Source: Octopus bimaculoides
Taxonomy: Eukaryota
DNA length: 64,000 nt
Reading direction: 5' to 3'
Assembly (NCBI RefSeq): GCF_001194135.2
Contig: NC_068994.1
Span: 40,159,527 to 40,223,526, forward strand
In this document: piece by piece, positions 28,028-39,659 of the stretch
Numbering within the stretch: position 1 is the first letter of the stretch
Layout of the letters: every line of letters begins with the position of its first letter
The notes under the pieces: generated by a model
Database searches by the model: none
Told to the model about the DNA's origin: nothing
What the model saw: the letters and a program-made list of their open reading frames with translations, nothing else
Program-made: the position numbers and the translations under genes

Positions 28028-29148
28028 GGATCTAGTTCAAAACGGGGGCACCAGTATTTTCTTAACGAAACACTTTGAAACTTGGGACACTGGTAGAATG
28101 TGTCATATAAAACATCTTTTTCACTTAGTCTTCTTAAGAAAAATTATTATATTGCAACTTATTTCATGTTAAAGTTGTCATATTTCTGTAATTTCAACCA
28201 ATGACTGACGTCCATTCAGACGAATACATTAAGTGCTGACTACGTAAACAAACGATTCTCAAACGATTCTGGCGGTGATAAAATTATTATTTCCTTGTCA
28301 AAAAATGGCTGAAGCATATTGGCAGTAGCTAATAAACCTTTCTATTATAGGCACAAGNNNNNNNNNNNNNNNNNNNNNNNNNNNNNNNNNNNNNNNNNNN
28401 NNNNNNNNNNNNNNNNNNNNNNNNNNNNNNNNNNNNNNNNNNNNNNNNNNNNNNNNNNNNNNNNNNNNNNNNNNNNNNNNNNNNNNNNNNNNNNNNNNNN
28501 NNNNNNNNNNNNNNNNNNNNNNNNNNNNNNNNNNNNNNNNNNNNNNNNNNNNNNNNNNNNNNNNNNNNNNNNNNNNNNNNNNNNNNNNNNNNNNNNNNNN
28601 NNNNNNNNNNNNNNNNNNNNNNNNNNNNNNNNNNNNNNNNNNNNNNNNNNNNNNNNNNNNNNNNNNNNNNNNNNNNNNNNNNNNNNNNNNNNNNNNNNNN
28701 NNNNNNNNNNNNNNNNNNNNNNNNNNNNNNNNNNNNNNNNNNNNNNNNNNNNNNNNNNNNNNNNNNNNNNNNNNNNNNNNNNNNNNNNNNNNNNNNNNNN
28801 NNNAAAACCAGTACAAACGCACGAACGATGTCATAAATAACAGTACCGCCGATAGTTGTTGTTGACAAACAACGGCACTAATTTTATTCAAAAGAAAAGA
28901 TCCCATTACACCGCACAACGTTTTGTTGACATTTCACAGCAGTAATTGTTTTCACCTCAATAGACGTCAGTGATTGGTTGAAATTACCGAAATACGACAA
29001 TTTTAGCACGAAATAACTTCAAAACGATAAAATTTTCTTGATAACACTAAGAGTAAAAGATGTTTTATATGACACATTCTACCAGTGTCCCAAGTTTGAA
29101 AGTGTTTCGTTAAGAAAACAAGTGGCGCCCGCCAAATCAGAAAGATCC
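28028..29148. mobile_element. Third GGATC-terminated MITE (spans an N gap; may be two half elements)
   Basis: The left end resembles the 39 kb TIR and the right end resembles the 31.8 kb TIR. Long subterminal inverted homology is present; there is no clean TSD. Confidence 0.7.
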
Positions 29149-29154
29149 AAAACC

Positions 29155-29570
29155 TAAACCATGTGTATAATACGCACCCCTTCTCTAACTTGAGTCAAGG
29201 AGGTCTATATAACGTCTTTGGTTTGTAAACATACATACGGTAACGTCTTTTATTATTATTGTATATATATATATAACATAATGCAAACGTGTAGCTTTTT
29301 TGTGCACTTTGTAGGAAATAAAGAAGTAACAGTAATAACGTCAGTGAAAAATAAATATTAAGTAAATTGCATTTACACATTTATCACTATCAGTTACAAG
29401 CCCGACATCACAAAATGCGTATGAACAAACATTGCCGGACGGCAAATAGAGACTCGGACAATGCTTAGAAAATATTTTTCATTTTTAACCTCGTATATAG
29501 TACGCACTAGAGATTTTGACCTTTAAATTTTGGGGAAAAAAATGCGGATTATACTCGAGGATTTACGGTA
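29155..29570. mobile_element. Tc1/pogo (Tc2-like) non-autonomous element end
   Basis: It ends in TGCGGATTATACTCGAGGATTTACGG|TA, the reverse complement of a CCGTA-type TIR, with an internal partial copy GTGTATAATACGCACCC. Confidence 0.55.
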
Positions 29571-31136
29571 CTTGAAACGAAAACCGGTGTGTTAGTTAAA
29601 ATATCGCAGTGAGTTTGCATTGTCACCAATAGATCATGAGAAATTCTGACAGTGATAGAAACAGGGTTTTAAAATTGGTACTCATCTTTATCTGCGTAAA
29701 CTGGAGCAACGTGAAATGAAGACAAACGCCCTAAGACAAACGAACTACCTGCTTCAGGAATTGAACTTTCGACATAATGGTAATGAGTCAAACACCCGAA
29801 TCACTGAACCACGCACCTTCTATAAAACAGAACTCAGTGATACAAAAAGATGAAATGGTCATGAAAATACATTTGATCAGGACTGAACCAGAGCAAAACA
29901 ACAAAATTTATACCAACTCTAAAGACTTATAAGAAGCAATAAGTCATTACTATAATACTTCTGCTATGTGTGACAATGATTCAACTTCAAGTCATGCACT
30001 GAAGTAGGTGCATATCCTCTTTAAATTGGGGACAATATTTCTGCTTTTACTGTCTTGAACAGAGCCAACGCAGACGAGTAGTTTATGTTAAAGCTACAAT
30101 TCAGTATAGACACGCCTTTTTGATTAGTCATATCCATTGTTCCACATTTTACTTCGTTTATGTTTTTGAGTCTATAAAAATCTTTGACGTTTGGGAAAAT
30201 AGCAAACAATTTCAGAATTAATGACGAAGAGTAGATAAAACCGAGACACAGAAAAATGCAGAAAATGGATTCTTTATTGGTTCAAATCCCGACGGTTTTG
30301 AGTTTACATTTCATTTTGTCTCTTTATTGTCGATAAAATAAGACGCCAATAAAATAACGAAGTCAATTCAATCACGCAGACTCCTCTGTGACAATTATCG
30401 TTTTTTTTAGCTTAATTAAAAGAAATTACGATGTAGTCGGGGAGGTAAATAGATACTTGTGACGCTCACCACTTTTACAAATCCAATAGCGACGCAATTT
30501 AATCGATTCCAACAAAGAATCGAAACCGAGTTGTAGACGCGATATACCGTTAAGTTAACTACACAACACATCATCTGCTATGCAATATCAAAGTAATTTC
30601 TCAGTCTAGAGATCGGTTTACCACAAATGCGAAATTAACGAAGAAGTCGGATCAATGAAACTAAAAACGAAAATCAATATGAATGTCCAACCTAAAATAT
30701 CACCCACTAACTGAAAGAAAAAACTCAACCAAACATAATACGACGAATTTCTTCTGTCTTGGTCGCTAGGCAACAAAGTAGTGGTCTTTAGTCTTAATAA
30801 TTATTGTATAGTTTGGTGAAGTTCAGAGTTCAGTTCATGCATAGTTTAAGTTCTTTCCTTAGTTACAATGTAAATCGATCTCTGCGGTACCTACAGATTA
30901 CCGATGTAAATGACCGACATCTATATTATATCAGAAACTTCGAGGGTCACGAATTAGCAGAGTCGTTAAATTCTCACAACGTTTGTTCTGGTCATCTGTG
31001 CTCAGAGTTCAAATCCCGTTGATGCAAGCTTTGCCTTTCTTATTTTTGGCGTTGACTAAAAAAAAATACTAAACAAAGTACCGCAATTGTCGGCATACAA
31101 GATGCACTTTGGCATAAGGTGCATCCCTACATCTTT

Positions 31137-31319
31137 GAGTATATATTGTAGAAAATATATATAGAGTATATATTGTAGAAAATATATATAGAGTATATAT
31201 TGTAGAAAATATATATAGAGTATATATTGTAGAAAATATATATAGAGTATATATTGTAGAAAATATATATAGAGTATATATTGTAGAAAATATATATAGA
31301 GTATATATTGTAGAAAATA
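31137..31319. repeat. 27-bp minisatellite, about 6.8 essentially identical units
   Basis: (GAGTATATATTGTAGAAAATATATATA)n with no spacers. Confidence 0.95.
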
Positions 31320-31817
31320 CAAATTTAGTGGGATTCATCAACTCATTCATTCGATATCCTATCCATAACACGGTCGCATTTGACTCATAGCAATATTTTT
31401 GTTAAACTTAGGAATAACAAAAAAAACAGCGCGTCTCATACACCAACATATACATATGATTTACTACCATTCAAAAGCAGTGGGTTGACGGAACGGTAAG
31501 AATATTGGACGGAAACCATGCTGAATTTGTTCCCAGTATGGCCTATGTGATGTTACACTCAAACCGTCACCCGGTTTAACAGCTACAGCTATCACCGCGA
31601 GTCCACTTTGATACAAAAGTGCATATAATTAAATATTAATAAGCCAATATACCATTGAGTTTGCCACCACTGCAATACAGCCTATTCAGGCTGATACAGC
31701 AGACCCAAAAGTGCCAACCCCATAAAAGCGTCGCCCGGTACGGACTCCTCGTCGCTTCGCTATTGCAAATATGAATCCAGTTCTTTCCACTACAAGACTA
31801 TGCAAGGTATCAACCTT

Positions 31818-32267
31818 GGATCTTTCTGATTTGACGGGCAACACTTTTAATTAATGTTTTATGTAGTGTTTTTCGTACCGAAACACTTTCAAACTTCGTA
31901 TACTTGTATATTTTGTGTTATAGAACAGATAAAAAATGTTGTATTCGAAGTTATTTCATGTAAAAATTGTCTAAACCCTTACTAGGGAATAATGATATAA
32001 CTAAACAGCGAATAACACTCTTGACACCGGCAAAAGTTATTGTTTATAAAAAAAACAGCAGTAACTGTATTCAGCTGAATAGACGTCAGTGATTGGTTGA
32101 AATTACAGAAATACGACAACTTTAACATGAAATAACTTGCAATATATAAATTTTTGTTAAGAAAGCTAAGAGAAAAAGATGTTTTATATGACACATTCTA
32201 CCAGTATCCCAAGTTTGAAAGTGTTTCGTTAAGAAAACAAGTGTTGCCCGTCAAATCAGAAAGATCC
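31818..32267. mobile_element. Related GGATC-terminated MITE with perfect 29-bp TIRs
   Basis: GGATCTTTCTGATTTGACGGGCAACACTT at both ends. The subterminal blocks are shared with the 39 kb copy. The flanks TCAACCTT and GATACCTT match only partly. Confidence 0.85.
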
Positions 32268-34740
32268 GATACCTTGATGGGTAAAACGCATGCAAGTGGT
32301 AGGGAACTCTAGGAAAAAATGGTGATAAAAAATGTGACATGTGCGGGGTCTAAACGGAATGAACCCCCATAAAGGATGGTGAGAAGAGACATAGGTATTA
32401 AATAGGCTCAGACTTACTAATTTCACCATGCTTAAGTTATGTATGTATTTTATATGATAATCTGACATTGTGAACCAGATGTAGCATTCGATGATAAATG
32501 TTCCACGTCTTTTACGGCTAATTTTCAGATTTGGCATGGAGAGTCAGTTGTTCGATCATTTGAATTATCCGCTCCTGAATTAATTTGTAAATGACAAAGT
32601 ATTCCGCAGACATGTGTACCCTCCTCAACATAATTCTGAAGCAGAATCAGTGTGGTACAGTATGTAGCAAAGGTGTGTTTTTGATTACAAGTACACATCA
32701 CTCGGTGGGTTTTTATGCAGTTCCTCATTAACCAATTTCACTGACAAAGTATGGATCAACTCATGGCTACAGAAAATAATATTTACCCTGTCGAATTCTC
32801 CATTGCATAACTAGGACTTCAATGGGACTCTTCTTTTCTCTTTAATCTTACTTCATGATGTTTCCCACTGTCTGTTCCAAGCATTTTTCTGCCGCTGGAG
32901 AGCAACATAGATAGCCGACGAGCAACTGACACAGGATTTGCTTGTCTTCATTCCAGGTTCTTGTCATCGAAACACTCCCAGAATGCAACACACTAGAATC
33001 GAATCGCGGACTTCGTGGTTGTGAAACAATCTTTTCAACCATTCAACCAACATATTTATAACAGCTCTTATTTGAAGTTAGTGAAAATACCACTTAGAAC
33101 TTGGATTATAAGTCAAGTAGTACCTATAGACAATTCACTACAAATTTCAAATACTCCAACATGGTTTTAGAATAATTCTAGTGTAATTTAGGACATTCTA
33201 TAAGTATTTTGAATAGGAACTTGAAATGAGAATGTAAGTGAGGTCTCGTTCCATATCTATTCGTCATTCACCAAATTCATATTCGTAACTTGCTTTCACT
33301 ACCATTGTAAATTCAGTAGATACTATACTACAAACCAACAGTATGTTATCAAGACGAGGCAGAGCTGTAAAAAAACCCAGAAAACTCATTTAATTCATGT
33401 AGTTATATGTAATTGAATGCTATTTGATTATTTAATGCGTCCGTATGTGTTTGAAGTTTGATCTTTGTTTGCACATTCTATAGAAGTATTAACGTACGCT
33501 GATAATTTGATTAGAAAAACACAAACAAAAACACACACACTCACCCACACTATACACTTATCACACAAACACGCACACACATATATATAATATCTTGCCT
33601 AAATTTGCATATGATTACAGAGGGTCAGTGTGATGTGTCACATAATTTGAATTTCTGCTTATAGAAACTTTGATATATTGACTTGATGGTCTGTATGATG
33701 CTGTAATTGCCAGATTTTCATATTAAAGAAATTTAATTAATTTTTACTCTTTTTTTTTTCTTTAAAAGAAAAGAGATGTTACATAATGCCTACTTGAGTT
33801 GGAGTTTTGCTCCTCTCTGGTTGTGGTTTGAGTATGAAATGTGTGTATGTGTGTGTGTGCGCACGCGCGTGTATGTGTGTTCGTTCTATGGAACATAAAA
33901 AAGTATTCATGTTAAGAACACTATATTATACATATAGTAGTGTTCTTGGTTGAAAATCAGCTGCAAATAAGTTCTGACAAGAGTTTAGGACATCGAATTG
34001 TAAATAGGTCTTTGTGGTAGAGAATCAGAAGTGTAGGGACACCAACAAACTCTGAAGCACGTAAGAGAGTGAGCGAGAGAGAACGCTGTAAACTGTAACT
34101 CGGAGATGGGCAACAATGGGGCGATGTGTCCCGAGTTATGCTTTTAATAGGGTGATACTTTTGGGTCCGCCGCTATATAAGCTTGACTAGACTGTAATGC
34201 CAGGTAAGGGCAAACACAAAGAATACCTCTGACGGCACACAAGAAGCTATAATAGAAAGGTCTGAAAGGAATATCTTAACCCGAATTATACAAGAGTTGT
34301 AAGACGTCCTTTTTATAAATTGGTCTGACAGAAAACTTTACGTCACGTCTGTAAACTATCACAATCATATATGTGTGTATGTATATCTATTCGTTAACAT
34401 GAGTGGTAACGTTTTTGCTAAAACAATCCCATTTAAGTACAGACTCTCTCTTATACCTAAACATCGAACCACTCAATTCTCGTGTAAAAGTGGAGCTGTT
34501 TTTGTTGGTGGTGGTCATCAAGCAAAGTCATGGGCAAACTCCAGCCCGCAAGATTTCTGAATTAGCTCAAATCTTTTAGTTGTGTGGACCGCCTGATGCG
34601 CCATATCTCAAGCGGCCCCCTTCTCGAAAAAGGTTGCCATGTTTGGTACTAGAGCCAAACACAAGTAGCAGTAGTACCATCCGAAGTCATGTGATTGTTC
34701 GTCCAGAACCTTCACATTACAACGATTATACTTCAATTTA

Positions 34741-35172
34741 AGGCTGCGAGCTGGCAGAATCGTTAGCATGCCGGGCGAAATGCTTGGCGGTATTTCGTCT
34801 GCCGTTACGTTCTGAGTTCAAATTCCGCCGAGGTCGACTTTGCCTTTCATCCTTTCGGGGTCGATAAATTAAGTACCAGTTACGCACTGGGGTCGATGTA
34901 ATCGACTTAACCCCTTTGTCTGTCCTTGTTTGTCCCCTCTAAGTTTAGCCCCTTGTGGGCAATAAAGAAATAAGAAACGTTAGCACGCCGGGCAAAATGC
35001 TTAGCGGTATTTCGTTTGTCTTTACGTTCTGAGTTCAAATTCCGCCGAAGTCGACTTTGCCTGTCATTCTTTTGGGGTCGATAAATTAAGTACCAGTTGC
35101 ATACTGAGTTGATCTAATCGACTAGCTCCCTCTCCAAAAATTTCGGGCCTTGTGCCTAGAGTAGAAAGGATT
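34741..35172 (+). mobile_element. Two tandem copies of the same SINE family
   Basis: Head and core repeated at 34741-34971 and 34972-35172, with different 3' tails. Confidence 0.85.
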
Positions 35173-36507
35173 ATCAATTTTTTTGATAATCCTCATCATA
35201 ATGATGACGTCGAGGAGGAGGGTGGTGGTGGTTGTGGTAACGTTACACATTCCCGTGAGCATTGTTCAAGTATCGAGCTACGATGACTTCTAGTCGGGTA
35301 CGTTAAAACACGGTGTGTTGCCGAAAAATAAATAGCTTGTCTTTCAAAACAGAAAAAAAAACGTACTAGCTCACCTCAGAGTGCAGACTGTATTAACCTG
35401 CCTATCAACGTTATCGACACAGAAAGATACAACTCAACATTACATTTCACTGTAGACATATGTGTATGTATGCATGCATGTGTGTATATGTGTTTATATA
35501 TATATATATATATNNNNNNNNNNNNNNNNNNNNNNNNNNNNNNNNNNNNNNNNNNNNNNNNNNNNNNNNNNNNNNNNNNNNNNNNNNNNNNNNNNNNNNN
35601 NNNNNNNNNNNNNNNNNNNNNNNNNNNNNNNNNNNNNNNNNNNNNNNNNNNNNNNNNNNNNNNNNNNNNNNNNNNNNNNNNNNNNNNNNNNNNNNNNNNN
35701 NNNNNNNNNNNNNNNNNNNNNNNNNNNNNNNNNNNNNNNNNNNNNNNNNNNNNNNNNNNNNNNNNNNNNNNNNNNNNNNNNNNNNNNNNNNNNNNNNNNN
35801 NNNNNNNNNNNNNNNNNNNNNNNNNNNNNNNNNNNNNNNNNNNNNNNNNNNNNNNNNNNNNNNNNNNNNNNNNNNNNNNNNNNNNNNNNNNNNNNNNNNN
35901 NNNNNNNNNNNNNNNNNNNNNNNNNNNNNNNNNNNNNNNNNNNNNNNNNNNNNNNNNNNNNNNNNNNNNNNNNNNNNNNNNATATATATATATATATATA
36001 TATACATACACACATACATATATACATATATACACACACGAGTGTGTGTGTGTGTGTGTGTGTAAATACATTCACACTCACACATACACGCACACATTTT
36101 TATTAACTTTTACAAAAGATTGACGTTGAAGTTTGTGTTTGCTCTGACGACCTTTTCCTTATGAAAGTTAATAAGTATGTACTTTACTAAAAAGTATTGA
36201 GTAATCCTTCCTGTTTAATGTTAAATTGTTTTCATATGTAACTTGACATGAAAGCATACAGTAGTGTGTGTCTGTGTGAGACATAACAAATTAGTCTTCA
36301 AATTCGACTTCAAAAAAATGTTCAATGGGTGCTGTAATTACTTTCCATTTTAAATTTGGAATTAGGAAATCTATGTATAAAGTTCAGAAATCAAAATAAT
36401 GTCATTTTTAAAACAAAGAAGCCACACACGTACACGCACACACACAAACGCACGTACGCATGCATGCACACACAAGAAATCTACAAAATCGTTCTTAAAA
36501 TCCTTAC

Positions 36508-38913
36508 CTGATGTATTCCTCTGGTTAGTGTCTGACAGTGTATATCTAAAGTGGATTGTCGACTGTTTTGACTTGATTCTTGTTTCGAAGAATTTCCTCT
36601 CTGCCACTTTTTCTGCGAACTTTTATGTTTTTTCGTGTCTGGTATGACATCAGGATCATCATATTTACAAGACAGCTGTTTTGCGCAAAAATATTCCGAC
36701 TGTCGGTTTTTATCCATCATCTGTTTTGAGGTTTCTGCAACACATGTATTGCGCGTGTTTCTGTGATTGTTTCTCCTGACAATACACACAGTTATGGAAA
36801 CAACCAGCAAAACTGAAACGGTTACTGCAGCAACAATAATTGCAACAAACAGATTGATGGGGATTTTTGTGTCTGGTTCTGTGTCAACAACGGAAAACAT
36901 CCTGGATGTCGAATTACTAACAGTTAGAGTCAAAGATAAAGTAGTTCTGGCCGATAGAACGGGTGTACCACTGTCTTTAACACTCACAGAGATATCATAT
37001 ACTCCGGCATCGTTTTGGTAAACAGGCCGGGAAAAGGTTAATACGCCTGTATAAAGATTAACACTGAACAACTGTTTTTCGTTTCCTTCAATTATTTCGT
37101 ATTTAAGGAAAGCATTTTGACGACTATCTCTATCAGATGCTCTGAGTGCTATTATATCATTTTTACTTTGTGGATTGTAGTAGACATCAAAACTGAAAGG
37201 GTTAACACTGGGAAAAGTAAAATACGGAGCATTGTCATTTTCGTCCATAACTTCCACGATGATATTTGCAGTATTATTTAAAGGTGGGATGCCATTGTCT
37301 TTGACAAAAACGCCAAATTTGTATACTTCATTTTGTTCACGGTCGAGTGACGCGATAGTTGAAATAAAACCAAAATTAGAAATCTCAAAAGGAAGAACAT
37401 TTTGTCCATTACCAATTAACGAAAAGGTCAGTTGGCCTCCAGAACCAAGATCTGGGTCTTTAGCATTTATAAAACCAACCGGAAAATTTGGTTTTTCGTT
37501 TTCGTATGTAAGAAACTTGAAGGTATCCTTTGTAAAATATGGCCGCACATCATTGACATCCATTACTTGAATAGAAAAATTCCTTTCAGTTTTTAAGGGG
37601 GGATATCCTTTGTCTTCGCAAACAATGGTAAGATTAATATGAGTCTCTTTTTCTCTATCAACCGACATTTTTACCACTACCTTATATCTATTATGACTCA
37701 AGCTTTGAAGTTGTAGTTTATCGTGATCGATATTGCATGCCACTTCCCCGTTTGGCCCTCTGTCATTATCAACAACTTTTACATAAGCAATAAAGCTGCC
37801 AACTTCCATCGATTCAAATATTATGCCAGTGTTGCCAGTTAGTTCTGAGAAGTTCACGTCTATCATTGGAGCATTGTTTTGTTTATTGATAACATTTACC
37901 ACAACTGGCACGACGGAACTCAGTGGAGGATTGCCATTATCTCTGGCTTCAATAAATAGTTTATAGATTTGTTTCCTCTCAGGTTTAAATTCTACGCTCA
38001 AGAAAATCTTTCCACTATTCTTATCTATTTGAAAATTGGATCTAGCAATGTCAGATGTTTTTGAACTAAAATAAAACGATATGTTTCCATTTTCCCCACT
38101 ATCCAAATCTTTTGCTGATACAGTGACCACTGGTACTTGTTGCTGATGGTTGCTGCTTACAGATACATTGTAAATATTGTGTGTGAAAACAGGAAGATTA
38201 TCGTTGACATCTGTAACAGATATGTTGACTTTTAAAATTCCATTCATAAGTGGAGATCTTCCGTTTCTAGCTAAAACTTTAATTAAGTAATTATCCTTCA
38301 ACTCGCGGTCTAATTTTTTCTCCAGACTAAGTCTTAGATATGAAGTACCATCAACTCTTTTAAAAACAGACAGAGTGAAAGGATCATCGTCGTTCTTGAT
38401 CAATTCATAATTTATCTGAGAGTTTTGAATCCCAACATCTTTATCGACGGCATTTGGAATAGATCGCGTCGTTCCTCTTCCATCAGTTTCAGAGAAAGTC
38501 AGATTAATCTGTGTTTCTGGAAACTCTGGTTGATGGTCATTGATGTCTTCAATGATAACCTTAATTTCAAGTATTTTTAAAAATGACTTCCTTCTTCGTA
38601 CAGCAATGTCAACCATCTTATAACACTCGATATTGTATTTGCAGAGAGATTCCGCATCTAATGTTTGGGCAGTGTAGATTTCCCCCGTTTTCGATACATT
38701 GAATAGTTGTGAATTATCAGTTCTGTCTTTCTGAAGCTGGCTAAACCTAATTAAACTATGTTCTTCGGGTGGAAGACTGTCCATAAGATGAGTGTCAGCA
38801 CCAACATTTCCTAAATACGTTCCAGGTCTGCTGTCATCCATTATATAATACGTGAAGTCTACGCATAGACATGTATGAAGACAAATCAGCATTAGACGAA
38901 CGTCCACCCACAT
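36508..38913 (-). CDS. Pcdh: Protocadherin, large first coding exon (signal peptide, EC1-EC6, TM, proximal cytoplasmic tail)
   Basis: ORF 36481-38973. The likely start is the ATG at 38913 (MWVDVRLMLICLHTCLC, context GAAATGT). Cadherin motifs include DINDHQPEF, DKDVG, LDRE, DVNDNLPVF, DLDSG, VDRE, DVNDVRPYF, DPDLG, DENDNAPYF and DRDS. The hydrophobic TM INLFVAIIVAAVTVSVLLVVSITVCIV (36778-36858) is followed by RRNN. The exon ends at a phase-0 donor, CAG|GTAAGG (36508/36507). Family-level call only. Confidence 0.95.
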
Positions 38914-38960
38914 TTCTCCATAAAAGACTTGACGAAAAGAATGGTAAACCAGTTCAACAT
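38892..38960 (-). other. Out-of-frame upstream ORF (22 aa) overlapping the protocadherin start codon
   Basis: ATG at 38960, a second in-frame ATG at 38921 and a TAA at 38894-38892, reading MLNWFTILFVKSFMEKCGWTFV*. It spans the main ATG at 38913 in another frame. Confidence 0.6.
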
Positions 38961-38976
38961 GAATGGTTAACAATCT

Positions 38977-38998
38977 CTGAAATATAAAAAGAAATAGG
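38977..38998 (-). promoter_or_regulatory. Splice acceptor of the large protocadherin exon
   Basis: The minus strand reads CCTATTTCTTTTTATATTTCAG|AGATTG: a long pyrimidine tract plus CAG, 64 nt upstream of the ATG. This implies an upstream exon that was not located. Confidence 0.75.
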
Positions 38999-39043
38999 TA
39001 AAGTTATTAACGTGTTTCAAATAACATCTTTTAAAAATTTAAC

Positions 39044-39659
39044 GGATCTTTTTTAAAACGGGGGCCACATTTTTCATTAACGAAACACTTTGAAACTTGG
39101 AACACTGGTAGAATGTGTCATATAAAACATCTTTTTCTCTTAGTCTTCTTAAAAAAAAAAGAAATCCATAAATTATTCCATGTTAAAGTTGTCGTATTTC
39201 TGTAATTTCAACCAATCACTGACGTCCATTCAGCCGATATACATTAAGTGCCGACTACATAAACAAACGATTCTGAAACAATTAACCCTAACCCTAACAC
39301 TAACTCTAACCCTAACCCTAACCCTAACCCTAACCCTAGGGTTAGGGTTAGGGTTAAGGTTAGGGTTAAAGCAAATTTTAAATGAAAAAAGCAAATAAAA
39401 CGAAGGTATGGAGATTAAATACGCTTTACATCGCTTAATGAGCCAAAGGAGTAAGAGTAAACAACTGAATACTTGTCAGTGATTGGTTGAAATTATCGAA
39501 ATAAGACAATTTTTTACATGAAATATATTCGAATACAAAAATATTCTTCTGTTCTATAACACAAAATAGATAAGTATACGAAGTTTGAAAGTCTTTCCGT
39601 ACCAAAAACACTACGTAAAACATTAATGAAAAATGTGGCCCCCGTTTTAAAAAAGATCC
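39044..39659. mobile_element. Merlin-like MITE with perfect 37-bp TIRs and 8-bp TSD
   Basis: TIR GGATCTTTTTTAAAACGGGGGCCACATTTTTCATTAA at both ends and AATTTAAC duplicated at 39036-39043 and 39660-39667. GG termini plus an 8-bp TSD fit the Merlin superfamily (assignment inferred). Confidence 0.85.

Noticed and set aside
31137-31319. Regular 27-bp repeats as a CRISPR array
   Set aside because: There are no spacers or cas genes, and the context is eukaryotic.
36767-37570. Plus-strand ORFs inside the protocadherin exon
   Set aside because: They are antisense shadows of the real coding frame.
39284-39367. Head-to-head telomere repeats as a chromosome-fusion scar
   Set aside because: The array is short and enclosed by MITE TIRs and a TSD; similar arrays sit in other MITEs.
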